64,000 bases of DNA, from the NCBI GenBank assembly GCA_035559235.1, contig DATMBM010000004.1, forward strand, positions 4,684 to 68,683, read 5' to 3'. The position numbers and the translations under genes were made by a program. This document shows, in pieces, positions 42,953 to 52,261 of this stretch. The notes beneath the pieces are model-generated. The model did not search any database. It had not been told where the DNA came from and was given only the letters and a program-made list of their open reading frames with translations. The stretch is from Minisyncoccota bacterium. Lineage in GTDB: Bacteria; Patescibacteriota; Minisyncoccia; Phycocordibacterales; UBA2100. Every line of letters begins with the position of its first letter. Within the stretch, counting starts at the first letter, position 1.

Positions 42953-43759
42953 ATGAATGGAAAAGAGGAGAAGTTCGGACTGCCCGAAAGACGGTATCGG
43001 CGGTCAGACGAATACTCCCGTAACCTGCGCCTTGCCATCCTTGCGGCGATCACGGGCGCTGGGGTGATTACGACCGATCCTGCGGAAGGAGCAAAGGCAC
43101 CACTGGGGAGCGATGCTGAGTTTATGCAAACGATCGAAAATGGCCCCCCGAGCAAAACAAAAGAGGAAATCCAATGGCTCCAGCAATACTATTCGCGTGA
43201 AAACGAGCAACAAGGACCCCATGTTCGAAAAATCAAGGCGCTCGGAAAAAAGTATCCCGACGTACTGCGAGCTCTCAAAGAATCCGAGGCTGAACAAGAG
43301 CGCTCACGCGCTGACGAGCGAGAAGAAGCCGTCCACCTAGTGACGCGGTACGAATTAGCCGCAGATCTCATCGCGGGAGAGCTTGAAAGAATGCGACGGC
43401 TATTCGCGTATGAGCCTGAAAGTGCACAACGTATCTTGCGCGGACCGATGGCGACCAAGGAAGAGAATGGCTACTGGTTTGTCTCGAACGTTGTACCGGG
43501 GCTCCGCAGCTTTGCCGAGATGTATGCGATCATGCGCGCGCTTAAAAACGACTATGGAACGCGTGAGCAACTGCGCCGAGAATACGCGAACCAGCCGAAT
43601 GTGCTGACGCGTGGCCGCATGAGTGATTTTCTGCAGCGAAAGGAGTCGTTCATGGAATTGCCGCTAGAAGTTCGAGACAGAATCCTTGCAGAGATCGTGC
43701 AAGAGGAGATAAAAAACCCGCCGAAACCGTCCCCTTCGTCCGGGCGTGAGAAGGGATAA
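42953..43759 (+). CDS. Hypothetical protein, charged and helical
   Basis: 269-aa ORF (MNGKEEKFGLPERRY…) lying between two tRNA genes. No recognised domain. Confidence 0.4.
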   Translation: MNGKEEKFGLPERRYRRSDEYSRNLRLAILAAITGAGVITTDPAEGAKAPLGSDAEFMQTIENGPPSKTKEEIQWLQQYYSRENEQQGPHVRKIKALGKKYPDVLRALKESEAEQERSRADEREEAVHLVTRYELAADLIAGELERMRRLFAYEPESAQRILRGPMATKEENGYWFVSNVVPGLRSFAEMYAIMRALKNDYGTREQLRREYANQPNVLTRGRMSDFLQRKESFMELPLEVRDRILAEIVQEEIKNPPKPSPSSGREKG

Positions 43760-43912
43760 GGAGTGGGCAAGAAGGCTAAATTTTGCTAGTATGTCGCCAC
43801 TGGAGAGGTAGGAAATGCGGTTGACCGCATATCCCCCGGTGCGCGAAGCGCAAACGCCGATGTGAGCATAGCGAACAGGCGTTAGGAGCGTGGCCACCGA
43901 TACCTTTTCGAA

Positions 43913-43999
43913 GGAGAGGTGGCTGAGTGGTCGAAAGCACCGCACTCGAAATGCGGCAGGTTCGAAAGGGCCTCGAGAGTTCGAATCTCTCCCTCTCCG
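43913..43999 (+). tRNA. tRNA-Ser (anticodon CGA), class II with a long variable arm
   Basis: GGAGAGG-TG-GCT-GAGTGGTCGAA-AGC-A-CCGCA-CTCGAAA-TGCGG-[CAGGTTCGAAAGGGCCTCG]-GAGAG-TTCGAAT-CTCTC-CCTCTCC-G, 87 nt. A hairpin plus T-run follows at 44008-44040. Confidence 0.85.
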
Positions 44000-44224
44000 C
44001 AAAAATAACGAGGACGACACAATGTGTCGTCCGACTATATTTTTACTGGAAGAGGGAGAGATTCGAAGGCGAGCATGGGGTGCCCGCTTAGCAAAGCGGG
44101 TCGTGCGAGCGTGGTCAGGCGGAGAAAGTGCGCGGCGGCGCAATTTTGAGCGCCTGGCCGAATCTCTTTGCACAAAGAGAAAAGAACGGCACATCGCGTA
44201 CAATCTTGATATTTCGTCAAAATT

Positions 44225-44233
44225 TGCTATAAT
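44225..44233 (+). promoter_or_regulatory. Extended -10 box TGcTATAAT, 6 nt upstream of the GTG start at 44240
   Basis: The sequence reads tttGcTATAATattgagGTG. Confidence 0.35.
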
Positions 44234-44239
44234 ATTGAG

Positions 44240-45145
44240 GTGAACAAAGCCTTCGCATTCTTGGTCGCGGCAATCATTTTTCTCGGTGGAGCGTACTTTA
44301 TTTTGCAGAGCCAGTGGGCGCCGTCCGTACAGGAAGGCACGAGCGCCGAGGACGCGCGGATGCTCGTCGAGAACTTCGGAAGGGAACTCCAAAATGTCTC
44401 TCTACTTGCGCAACGGCAGCAATTGGAGCGCGACATGCAAAATGCATACGGCCGATACGTGGCTCCGGATCTTCTCGCGGAATGGCTCAACAATCCGCAA
44501 CAGGCGCCCGGGCGCCTCACTTCTTCTCAGTGGCCGGAACGGATAGATATCCAAAGCGTCGAGCAAATCGGCGAAGGGCCGATGTACTACATCCAAGGCG
44601 AGATCGTCGAAGTGACGAATGAGGGAGAAGGTATTGGTGAGGCGCCGACGGAGACGCTGCGTCGCCCGATCACACTTACGGTCGAGTTGCTTGTGGAAGG
44701 CTTGCGCATCACTGAGGTTGTGCTGGGAGCGGCGGCAAGCGATGGTGAGTGGATCTACACCGAGCCTAATGCGCAAGGAATCCAATTTCAGTATCCGCGC
44801 ACGTTGCCGACGCGATACATTTCGGCGCCCACAGAAGGCTGGCCGCCGCGAGTTGCGCTTGAGGGCGGCCGCGATTTCTCATGCGCACCAGAAGGCACCC
44901 GCATGGTAGGCGATCGGCAATACTGCGTGACAGTTTCGAGCGAAGGCGCAGCGGGAAGCACGTATCGAACCTACGAATACACGACTGCGCAAGGTGATTT
45001 TCTCGCGCGGGTGGAATTTACGCTCCAATTCCCGCAGTGTGCAAATTATGGCGAAGACGAACAGCCTGTCTGCGAAGCGGAACAAGCATCGTTTGACATA
45101 GACGGTCTTGTCGACCGCATCGCCTCGTCGATTAGGATGCTGTAG
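44240..45145 (+). CDS. Hypothetical exported protein
   Basis: Signal anchor (FAFLVAAIIFLGGAYFIL). 301 aa with no recognised domain. Confidence 0.45.
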   Translation: MNKAFAFLVAAIIFLGGAYFILQSQWAPSVQEGTSAEDARMLVENFGRELQNVSLLAQRQQLERDMQNAYGRYVAPDLLAEWLNNPQQAPGRLTSSQWPERIDIQSVEQIGEGPMYYIQGEIVEVTNEGEGIGEAPTETLRRPITLTVELLVEGLRITEVVLGAAASDGEWIYTEPNAQGIQFQYPRTLPTRYISAPTEGWPPRVALEGGRDFSCAPEGTRMVGDRQYCVTVSSEGAAGSTYRTYEYTTAQGDFLARVEFTLQFPQCANYGEDEQPVCEAEQASFDIDGLVDRIASSIRML

Positions 45146-45566
45146 CGGGGTATCGCTTCTTCATTATTACTACTGATTTCTTGACGATTGCTTTAAGCGT
45201 CGGGACATGAATGTCAGACATTTTGCGTACATAAATGCATGAGCCGCCGCTAACACTGTGCTTTCCGAGCTTTTTCAAAAGTGGCCCGAAATCCTTGAAT
45301 CCTGGCATGATGTGGAAGGTCACGTTTGCGGCGCGAGGAGAAAAACCCGTCAGAGGCCAATCGCCCTCTTGGCGTGAGCGTTCGGACTTGTAGTGGTACT
45401 GCCCGAAGCCGACGATGCTTGTGCCCCACATCCGCGGCGTCATACCGGTCGCCTCCTTGAAAAGCTTGAGGGCGATTTCGGCGTCTTTGCGCCGAACGGG
45501 ATCCTTCACCGAACTGATGAATTTCGAGACGCTCGCCGCCGTCTTTTGCGTTTTGATCTCTGCCAT
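45132..45566 (-). CDS. DUF1801 (YdhG-like) domain protein
   Basis: The pattern MAEIKTQKTAASVSKFISSV…MWGTSIVGFGQYHYK matches DUF1801. The ORF continues further upstream, but the Met at 45566 is preferred. Confidence 0.5.
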   Translation of the reverse strand: MAEIKTQKTAASVSKFISSVKDPVRRKDAEIALKLFKEATGMTPRMWGTSIVGFGQYHYKSERSRQEGDWPLTGFSPRAANVTFHIMPGFKDFGPLLKKLGKHSVSGGSCIYVRKMSDIHVPTLKAIVKKSVVIMKKRYPATAS

Positions 45567-45610
45567 AGCTCTGTATTGTATGACAGCTCGGGCACGGGTA
45601 CAATGACGGT

Positions 45611-45808
45611 ATGAAAAACTTTCTGATTGGGCTCGTCGTCGCTCTCGCAATTGCGGCTGGTTTGTATTACTTCTTGCTGCAGGACGCAGCTCGTCAAAGC
45701 GCCGTCGACGATGAAATCGAGCGCGGCGCCGCGATCGACCTCCAGATAAACGAGGCCAATCGCATCCCGCCGGGGGTCATGATGGAAGACGGCGCCATTC
45801 CGGAGTAA
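45611..45808 (+). CDS. Hypothetical small membrane-anchored protein
   Basis: 65 aa. MKNFLIGLVVALAIAAGLYYFLL followed by a charged tail. Confidence 0.3.
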   Translation: MKNFLIGLVVALAIAAGLYYFLLQDAARQSAVDDEIERGAAIDLQINEANRIPPGVMMEDGAIPE

Positions 45809-46726
45809 TTATTTCTCGTGGTGCACGAAGAGATACAAATCCTCGAGCGCCTTCACCGCGTCGCCTGACGCGATGTTGTTTTGGTGATACTTGCCGTCGG
45901 TACAATCTCCTGCAGCCCAGATGCGCGGGTGTGATGTTTTTTGCGTGTACGGATCGGCAATGACCTGGTTGTATTGATTTTTCTTCACGAGATCGCCGAG
46001 CCACTCGGTGTTCGGCACGAGGCCAATTTCGACAAAGACGCCGGAGACGGGCAGGTGCTCTTCGCCGGATGCGTCTTTGTAGCGCAGGCCGTTAACAAAT
46101 TTGTCGCCCTCGATCGCGAGAATCTCGACATTATTGAGTGCCTTCAGCTTCGGATTTTTCAATACCTTCTCCACGGTCAATTCGTCGGCTCGGAAATCGG
46201 AGCGGGCGAGGAGTGTGACGGATTTGCAGTACGCAAGGAGCTGCATCGCGGTTTCGAACGCGGCGTTTCCACCGCCGATCACGGCGACGTCCATGTCGGC
46301 GAAAAGCGGGCCGTCGCACGAGGCGCAGTAGGTGAGGCCTTTCTGGTCGAATTCTTTCGCGCCAGGAACCTCCAATTTCCGGCGGTTTGAACCACTCGCG
46401 ACCAAGGTCGTCTTTGCCTGGTGCGTCTTGCTGTCCGAACACGTGATTTCCAAGCCGTCGGCAATGTCCCTGATGTTCGTCGCACGGTGCGGTGAGTAGA
46501 TTTCGAGCCACTCGCCCTTGTATTGTTCGACGTGTGATTTCAGTTTCTTCGCGAGGTCGGTCCCCGTAATCGACGGCTCTCCGATCCAGTTTTGTATTTC
46601 AGGCGAGACGGTGCTCTGGCCGCCCCAATCGTCGGTGATGAGGATCGTCTTGAGCCGCTTGCGAGCCGCGTAGACGGCCGCTGACACTCCTGCCGGTCCG
46701 CCGCCGATGATTGCTAAATCATACAT
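45809..46726 (-). CDS. trxB: Thioredoxin-disulfide reductase (TrxB-like, redox motif CASC)
   Basis: FAD motif LAIIGGGPAG, redox-active YCASCDG, NADPH motif AVIGGGNAAFE and a C-terminal AAGDCT. Confidence 0.8.
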   Translation of the reverse strand: MYDLAIIGGGPAGVSAAVYAARKRLKTILITDDWGGQSTVSPEIQNWIGEPSITGTDLAKKLKSHVEQYKGEWLEIYSPHRATNIRDIADGLEITCSDSKTHQAKTTLVASGSNRRKLEVPGAKEFDQKGLTYCASCDGPLFADMDVAVIGGGNAAFETAMQLLAYCKSVTLLARSDFRADELTVEKVLKNPKLKALNNVEILAIEGDKFVNGLRYKDASGEEHLPVSGVFVEIGLVPNTEWLGDLVKKNQYNQVIADPYTQKTSHPRIWAAGDCTDGKYHQNNIASGDAVKALEDLYLFVHHEK

Positions 46727-46808
46727 AGGGAATAGGTGATAGGTTACAGGGAATAGTAAATCCAAGCACTCCGTATTCTACTACAACCCATAACCTATCC
46801 CCTAGAAT

Positions 46809-48017
46809 CTACTTTCTTCGAAGGAAGGAGGGAAGGCTGCTCCAGCTGTCGTCATCATCGCCGACTGAAACGGACGGCATGTCGGCAGGCTTTGTGTCGC
46901 GCACGGGAATGGAGCGTTCCTTTTCCGAAGGAAGCTGGTCGGCAAGTGGCTTCTTTTCCGCCTGCGAAGTGCGCAGCGGCTGCATTTCAGGCTCGCGTTT
47001 GGAGAGGCGCGGAGGTGTCGTCGGCACGGCAACGCCCGGCGCCCCGTGGCGGATGCCGCCTTCCGGGAAGCCGGTCGCGATGACCGTGACCTTGACCTGT
47101 CCTTTCTTGAGCGTGTCGTCGGTGACGGCACCGAAGATGACCTTTGCTTCCGAGTCGATCGTCTCGGTGATGACGTTTGCCGCTTCCTGCACTTCGAGCA
47201 TGCCGAGATCGTCGCCGCCGGCGATCGAGAAGAGGACACCTTTCGCGCCATTGATGGACACTTCCAAAAGCGGCGAATTGATTGCCTGCCGCGCGGCGGT
47301 TTCCGCGCGCTTCTCGCCAATCGCGTAGCCGATGCCCATGAGGGCGCTTCCGGCGTTGTGCATGATGGCGCGGACGTCGGCAAAGTCGACGTTGATGATG
47401 CCGGTCGTCGTGATCAAATCTGAGATGCCTTCGACCGCTTGCTTCAAAATATCGTCGCACATCGCGAATGCGTTCTTGATGCCGGTTTCTTTCGAGACGA
47501 TTTCAAGGAGTTTGTCGTTCGGGATGATGATGATCGCGTCCACCGCTTTACGCAATTCCGCGATGCCTTGTTCCGCGAGGCGCATGCGTTGCGCGCCCTC
47601 AAAGCCGAACGGTTTCGTAACGACGCCGACGGTAAGGGCGCCCAGTTCGCGCGCCATTTTGGCGACCGCCGGTGCGGCGCCCGTGCCCGTGCCGCCGCCC
47701 ATGCCGCAGGTCACAAAGACCATGTCAGAGCCCTTGAGGGCTTCCTGAATTTCCTCGCGTGTTTCCTCGGCTGCTTGTTTGCCCAAGTCAGGGTCCATGC
47801 CGGTGCCGAGTCCGCGCGTGAGGTTGCGCCCGATGTGAATTTTCCTCTTTGCGTGCGATTTGTGCAGGTCTTGCGCATCGGTGTTCACCGCCAAAAAGTC
47901 GACACCGATCACATGTGTCTTCACCATGTGATTGATCGTGTTGCCCCCTGAACCACCGACTCCTACCACTCGGATCCGTGCGAATGACTCTACTTCAGGG
48001 CGGACGAGTTTGGCCAT
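46809..48017 (-). CDS. ftsZ: Cell division GTPase FtsZ
   Basis: Tubulin signature GGGTGTGAAP, the motif IRVVGVGGSGGN and a C-terminal variable tail. Start taken at MAKLVRPEV. Confidence 0.9.
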   Translation of the reverse strand: MAKLVRPEVESFARIRVVGVGGSGGNTINHMVKTHVIGVDFLAVNTDAQDLHKSHAKRKIHIGRNLTRGLGTGMDPDLGKQAAEETREEIQEALKGSDMVFVTCGMGGGTGTGAAPAVAKMARELGALTVGVVTKPFGFEGAQRMRLAEQGIAELRKAVDAIIIIPNDKLLEIVSKETGIKNAFAMCDDILKQAVEGISDLITTTGIINVDFADVRAIMHNAGSALMGIGYAIGEKRAETAARQAINSPLLEVSINGAKGVLFSIAGGDDLGMLEVQEAANVITETIDSEAKVIFGAVTDDTLKKGQVKVTVIATGFPEGGIRHGAPGVAVPTTPPRLSKREPEMQPLRTSQAEKKPLADQLPSEKERSIPVRDTKPADMPSVSVGDDDDSWSSLPSFLRRK

Positions 48018-48294
48018 ACGTAGAGGCCATGATAGCACAAACAACTCGTTTGCAAATTTGACAACATTTACATTTTGACGCGCCTTGTTCATGGCTGTCT
48101 GCTCGTCGGGTGGCAGCGGCGCGGCTTCGCACCGAACACGGAGTGAGCGGACGCGCGAACGTCACATCTATGGCCAAAATGTCTCGCAGCCCCATTATTT
48201 GCTGCGCAATGTTCTCTCGAAGTCGCGCCGCTGCTGGTCTTCTCCGGTTCGTGTTCGGAGTGAAGCAGCGCCTCGCAATGTCGCGAGCGGAGAT

Positions 48295-49467
48295 TTACGG
48301 CAAGAGCGATCGAAAGATCTGTTTTATGGAATCCAGCATTCGCGAGACGATGTCGCCAATCGGGTGGGAATTGTCCAGCATGTCTTCTGCGTAGCCCCAG
48401 CGGCACAATCCGAACGAGACCGCCCACGTCGCATCAAGCGCGGAGACGCGCGGAAGCATCATGGGAAGCCCTACTTGCGCGGGGAGCTTGAGCGTCGCGC
48501 GCGCCACATCGACGATAGGGGCAAGGCCCGCACCGCCGCCCGTGATCACGATGCCTGCCGGCAAGAGTCGTTCACGACCAATCGATTTCAAGTGCGCGTT
48601 GACGAGTGAAAACATTTCTTTAAGGCGCGACGCCATGACCTGCGACAGTTTTTTCGGCGGGACCGGGCTGCCGACGACGGCCCCACGCTTCAACTGCTCC
48701 GCCTCGGCAAGCGGCATCTGGAATGAGAGCGCGATCGCATTTGTGATCTCATTCGATCCGACCGGGAAGATTTTGAGCGAGACCGGCTTGTCGTCGTCGA
48801 AGACGACGACCGAAAGCGTTTCGGAACCGATGTTCGCGAGGACGACGCCGGCGGTCTTTTGCGCCTTTGAAAGCGTCACCAAGCTCGCGGCGAGCGGGGA
48901 TGCCATGACGCCGTCGACTTCGACCCCGGCCGCTTCAACGGCTTCGATAAGATCGTCATGGTGTTGTGCGAGCATCGTGATGAGCATCGTCTCAACTCCC
49001 AGCCGGTTGCCTTGCATGCCTGTCGGACGGCCTTGGAGCGGCACGCCGTCGAGCCTGAATTCGAGCGGGATCGTGTGCAGTACGACGCGATTGGTGAGCT
49101 TCGACGTCGCGCGCTTTTCGCTCTCCACGATCACGCGCTCGATATCGCGCGGCGTCACGAGCCCGCCGGATGCGGTGAGCGTGATGTCGGCCGCTGAGCG
49201 CGCCTCTTCGAGCGAAATGCCGCCCACGGCGACGCGGGCGGCTTTCACGTGCACGTGCGCTGCCTGCGCCGCACGATCGACGGCGGCACGAACCGAGCGC
49301 GCGACTTCTCGTGTGTCGACAATGTAACCGTGCCGCATGCCTTTTGATGCGGCTGCAGCAGTTGCGAGAATTTGCATTGGACTTTCAGGAGATTGTGGCG
49401 GCGCAGCGATGACGACCTTCACCTGATGGGTCCCGATGTCGATACCGGTGTAAATTTTCTGAGCCAT
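48295..49467 (-). CDS. ftsA: Cell division protein FtsA
   Basis: Actin-like ATPase fold (IYTGIDIGTHQVKVV…). Gene order ftsA-ftsZ. Confidence 0.85.
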   Translation of the reverse strand: MAQKIYTGIDIGTHQVKVVIAAPPQSPESPMQILATAAAASKGMRHGYIVDTREVARSVRAAVDRAAQAAHVHVKAARVAVGGISLEEARSAADITLTASGGLVTPRDIERVIVESEKRATSKLTNRVVLHTIPLEFRLDGVPLQGRPTGMQGNRLGVETMLITMLAQHHDDLIEAVEAAGVEVDGVMASPLAASLVTLSKAQKTAGVVLANIGSETLSVVVFDDDKPVSLKIFPVGSNEITNAIALSFQMPLAEAEQLKRGAVVGSPVPPKKLSQVMASRLKEMFSLVNAHLKSIGRERLLPAGIVITGGGAGLAPIVDVARATLKLPAQVGLPMMLPRVSALDATWAVSFGLCRWGYAEDMLDNSHPIGDIVSRMLDSIKQIFRSLLP

Positions 49468-49545
49468 GCAAAAACACGCCCACCGTGGACGTCTTGCCAT
49501 TGTACTGTATGCGTTGCGGCTTCGGCGGCCGTGCCTCGGGGATAG

Positions 49546-49929
49546 CTAGAAGCCGAATCGCGCCAAGATGGAGCGTTCACGCGCATCCATTCTGTCGCCG
49601 TGCGCGTAGCCGGCAAGGTGAGCGCAGCCATGCACGAAGAGGTGCGCGATGCGCGCTCTCGGGGAAATGCCGAGCGCGCGGGCTTCGCGCGCAGCTTTGC
49701 GTATATTGAGGAAAATCTCGCCTTCGCGTTTTGAAAGCGGGAAGGAGAGCACGTTCGGCGCGTAATGCTTCTTCCGATATTGGATGTTCATTTTTCGTGA
49801 AAGAGAGTCGCCGCAGATAACGAGGGATAGCTGGTAGCCCGCGGGCAAGGTCGCGCGCGCCAGACCCTCAAACGGAACGCGCACCGTATCGGAAACGGTG
49901 CGACGGATATCGAGCGTGGAGGCGGACAT
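49546..49929 (-). CDS. ybeY: rRNA maturation endoribonuclease YbeY
   Basis: HGCAHLAGYAHGD (H-x-x-x-H…H zinc motif). Confidence 0.8.
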   Translation of the reverse strand: MSASTLDIRRTVSDTVRVPFEGLARATLPAGYQLSLVICGDSLSRKMNIQYRKKHYAPNVLSFPLSKREGEIFLNIRKAAREARALGISPRARIAHLFVHGCAHLAGYAHGDRMDARERSILARFGF

Positions 49930-50255
49930 TAGCGTGCGATCGGGGTCGAGTCGCCGAGGCCGGATGAGCGGCCCGAACCGGTTTGCTGGCTGGCAGCGGT
50001 CGTATCGCGCTGCGGGCGGCCCTTCGGAGCAACTTCGGCAATTTTGCCTTCTTTGACGAGGTCGCGGTACACTTCGCGGCGCGCAATGCGCTTGAGCGCC
50101 TGCTTTTTCGAAACCGTCTTTGATTTTCCGCGCTCGAAATAGCGTCCCTTGCGGACAGTCTGAATGAGGCCCGTGCCCTGCACGCGGCGGGAGAATTTGC
50201 GGATCACCGAAAGCGTGCTCTCGGTACCACTCTTCGTCACTTCAGCATTAATCAT
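49929..50255 (-). CDS. rpsU: 30S ribosomal protein bS21 with a C-terminal extension
   Basis: The pattern LSVIRKFSRRV…GRYFERGKSK…ALKRIARRE parallels bS21. Confidence 0.7.
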   Translation of the reverse strand: MINAEVTKSGTESTLSVIRKFSRRVQGTGLIQTVRKGRYFERGKSKTVSKKQALKRIARREVYRDLVKEGKIAEVAPKGRPQRDTTAASQQTGSGRSSGLGDSTPIAR

Positions 50256-50304
50256 GTGGAGGGGATACTACCACAACGGGAGCACAGAGGCAAGCGAGAG
50301 GGAA

Positions 50305-51486
50305 TTACGCGTACACCCGCTGCCGGCGCAAGTAGCTGGTCAATTCCGGTACGGGGATAACCTCCTGTGAATTCGTCGCGACTTCGCGCACCAAGACGGT
50401 GCCCTCGATCGCTTCCTTGTGGCCCATAATGAGCATGTGGGAGACGCTCATGCGCTTCGCCCGCTCCATCTGCTCGTGCAGGCGCTCGTACATGAGGGAT
50501 TGTTCAACGGGAATGCCGGCGCGACGCAGCGTTTCGAGGACGGGAAGCGCTTTGCGACGAGCTTCGGGGCCGAGGTGGGCGAAGTAGAGCGCGGGGACGC
50601 TCTTTTTTATCGGCTGCACCTTGTTCTTTCCGCGCACCTCGCAGAGGACCGTTGCGACGACCGCGGGCGTGTGCGCGCCCATCAGGCGTGAAGCAAGCGG
50701 ATCATACCGGCCACCGACGGCAAACGGCACGCGCGAGCCTGACTCGTCATCGACATGCGACAGCTCAAAGAGCGTGTGCGACCAGAAATCGCGCGAACCT
50801 AGGACCGACGGGCTCAATTCGTAGGGCACGCCGGAAATCTCGAGATATTCCAACAGATCCCAAAAACGGCGGCGCTCCTCTTCGGTCAGATAATCGACGC
50901 TCTGCGGGGCGCGTGGCATGGCGGGATGCCCTTTTTCGAAGAGCTGTACCAGCGTGCCCAATGGATCATTCACGATGCGTGGGCGAAGTGTTGGGGAAAT
51001 CGAATCGATATGCTTGCGCAAGAAGTGTCCGACATCGCGCACGTACCGGTTTGACGATTCGAGGGAGCCGATCGAATTGATCGCGAGCGTGCGTTTGGTA
51101 AGGCCGACTTCGTCGGCAATCGCGTTCAGGACGATGATGAGGAGCGCCTCCGCAATCGCGCTTGACGTGCCGATGCAGTGCAATTCCAGCGTCATACAGG
51201 AGAGCGGCGCGCGCGTGCCGGGAGCGTGTTTTGCCACGCGCCAGAGCAACATGCTCTCGTTTGGCGCGCGGTTGGTCGTGAGGCACATTCGTGCGCTCTG
51301 CAAGAGCGGCTTTTCGTCTCGGCGCGCGAATTGCGGCTCGCTGTTTTTGTTCTGCGGCGGGAGCGCGCGCTTGCCGTGCGCGAGCGCTGCTTCAAGCGGG
51401 AGAAATCCATAGTATTCAGCGATGCGGATCGCCCGCGCAATCAGGTTCGCCGTATTCTGGACGCGTGTGTTTTTGATTTGGATCAC
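50305..51486 (-). CDS. HisRS-like paralog with degenerate catalytic motifs (class II aaRS fold plus an anticodon-binding-like domain)
   Basis: It keeps GGRYDPL and the C-terminal HGTP_anticodon-like region (HMLIMGHKEAIEGTVLVREVATNSQEVIPV). It lacks the FRYER motif-2 arginines that are present in hisS at 16091-17356. GTG start. Confidence 0.55.
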   Translation of the reverse strand: MIQIKNTRVQNTANLIARAIRIAEYYGFLPLEAALAHGKRALPPQNKNSEPQFARRDEKPLLQSARMCLTTNRAPNESMLLWRVAKHAPGTRAPLSCMTLELHCIGTSSAIAEALLIIVLNAIADEVGLTKRTLAINSIGSLESSNRYVRDVGHFLRKHIDSISPTLRPRIVNDPLGTLVQLFEKGHPAMPRAPQSVDYLTEEERRRFWDLLEYLEISGVPYELSPSVLGSRDFWSHTLFELSHVDDESGSRVPFAVGGRYDPLASRLMGAHTPAVVATVLCEVRGKNKVQPIKKSVPALYFAHLGPEARRKALPVLETLRRAGIPVEQSLMYERLHEQMERAKRMSVSHMLIMGHKEAIEGTVLVREVATNSQEVIPVPELTSYLRRQRVYA

Positions 51487-51489
51487 AAA

Positions 51490-52140
51490 TTATTCCGCCA
51501 CGTAAGTGGCGTCGCCCGGAAAGAGGCCGATGACATCGATGGGAAAGAGGCGGACCAGCACTTGTCCGATGATATTTTCTTTCGGCAACGCGCCCCACAC
51601 GCGCGAATCGCTCGACACCTTGCGGTTGTCTCCGAGTACGAAATATTCTCCTTCGCCAAGCGTTACTTCCATGCCGGTTGGGCCGCCAATGTTTGTGTCG
51701 GCGACGTACGGCTCCTCAAGGACGAAGCCATTTGGGTTTTCCGCGTTCGTGATGCGTATTTGCCCGCCCTCCACTGCAATCGTTTCCCCCGGCAAACCAA
51801 TGACGCGTTTTATGAGCGTCCGCGGACCGCGCCATTCTTGTTGCGCAATGCGCTTCCACAGCGAGCATTCACCCGTATTCGGTAGGCAAAACACGATGAC
51901 ATCGCCCCGCTCCGGCGCCGAGAAGTCGTAGGAAAGGCGATCGGTGATCAGATAATCCCAATTATCAAATGTTGGCTCCATCGAGGCGCCGGAAACGACG
52001 TAGGGCGCCGCGACGAAGAAGCGGATGAAAAGCGCGAGGCCGAGCGCGAGCGTCACATACCATGCGAATCCGCCTGAACGCGCGTCTCTCGCACTGGAGT
52101 GATCCGATGATTGAGACGGTGTCATCACAGGATCAGTCAT
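51490..52140 (-). CDS. lepB: Signal peptidase I
   Basis: Catalytic Ser motif GASMEPTF and the GDNRKVSSDSRVWG box. Start chosen at ATG 52140, which has a TATACT box (52150-52155, minus strand) 9 nt upstream and a TTGTGT -35 hexamer 16 nt further upstream. Confidence 0.8.
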   Translation of the reverse strand: MTDPVMTPSQSSDHSSARDARSGGFAWYVTLALGLALFIRFFVAAPYVVSGASMEPTFDNWDYLITDRLSYDFSAPERGDVIVFCLPNTGECSLWKRIAQQEWRGPRTLIKRVIGLPGETIAVEGGQIRITNAENPNGFVLEEPYVADTNIGGPTGMEVTLGEGEYFVLGDNRKVSSDSRVWGALPKENIIGQVLVRLFPIDVIGLFPGDATYVAE

Positions 52141-52261
52141 GCGGGAGTCAGTATAACGCAAACGAACGTTGACACAAAGTATTTCAAGTGTTGGATGTGC
52201 ATAAATTCATGTTTTCATGTAGCATGAATAGCGCGTTCATCCTCTATACGCTATTCAATAT

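Noticed and set aside
43664-44392. 242-aa minus-strand ORF and 117-aa plus-strand ORF (43890-44243) spanning tRNA-Ser
   Set aside because: They overlap a canonical tRNA-Ser and its terminator. No protein motifs.
46987-49327. ORFs antisense to ftsZ and ftsA (46987-47460 minus off-frame, 47439-47951 plus, 48461-49327 plus 288 aa)
   Set aside because: They are embedded in the well-supported ftsZ and ftsA frames.
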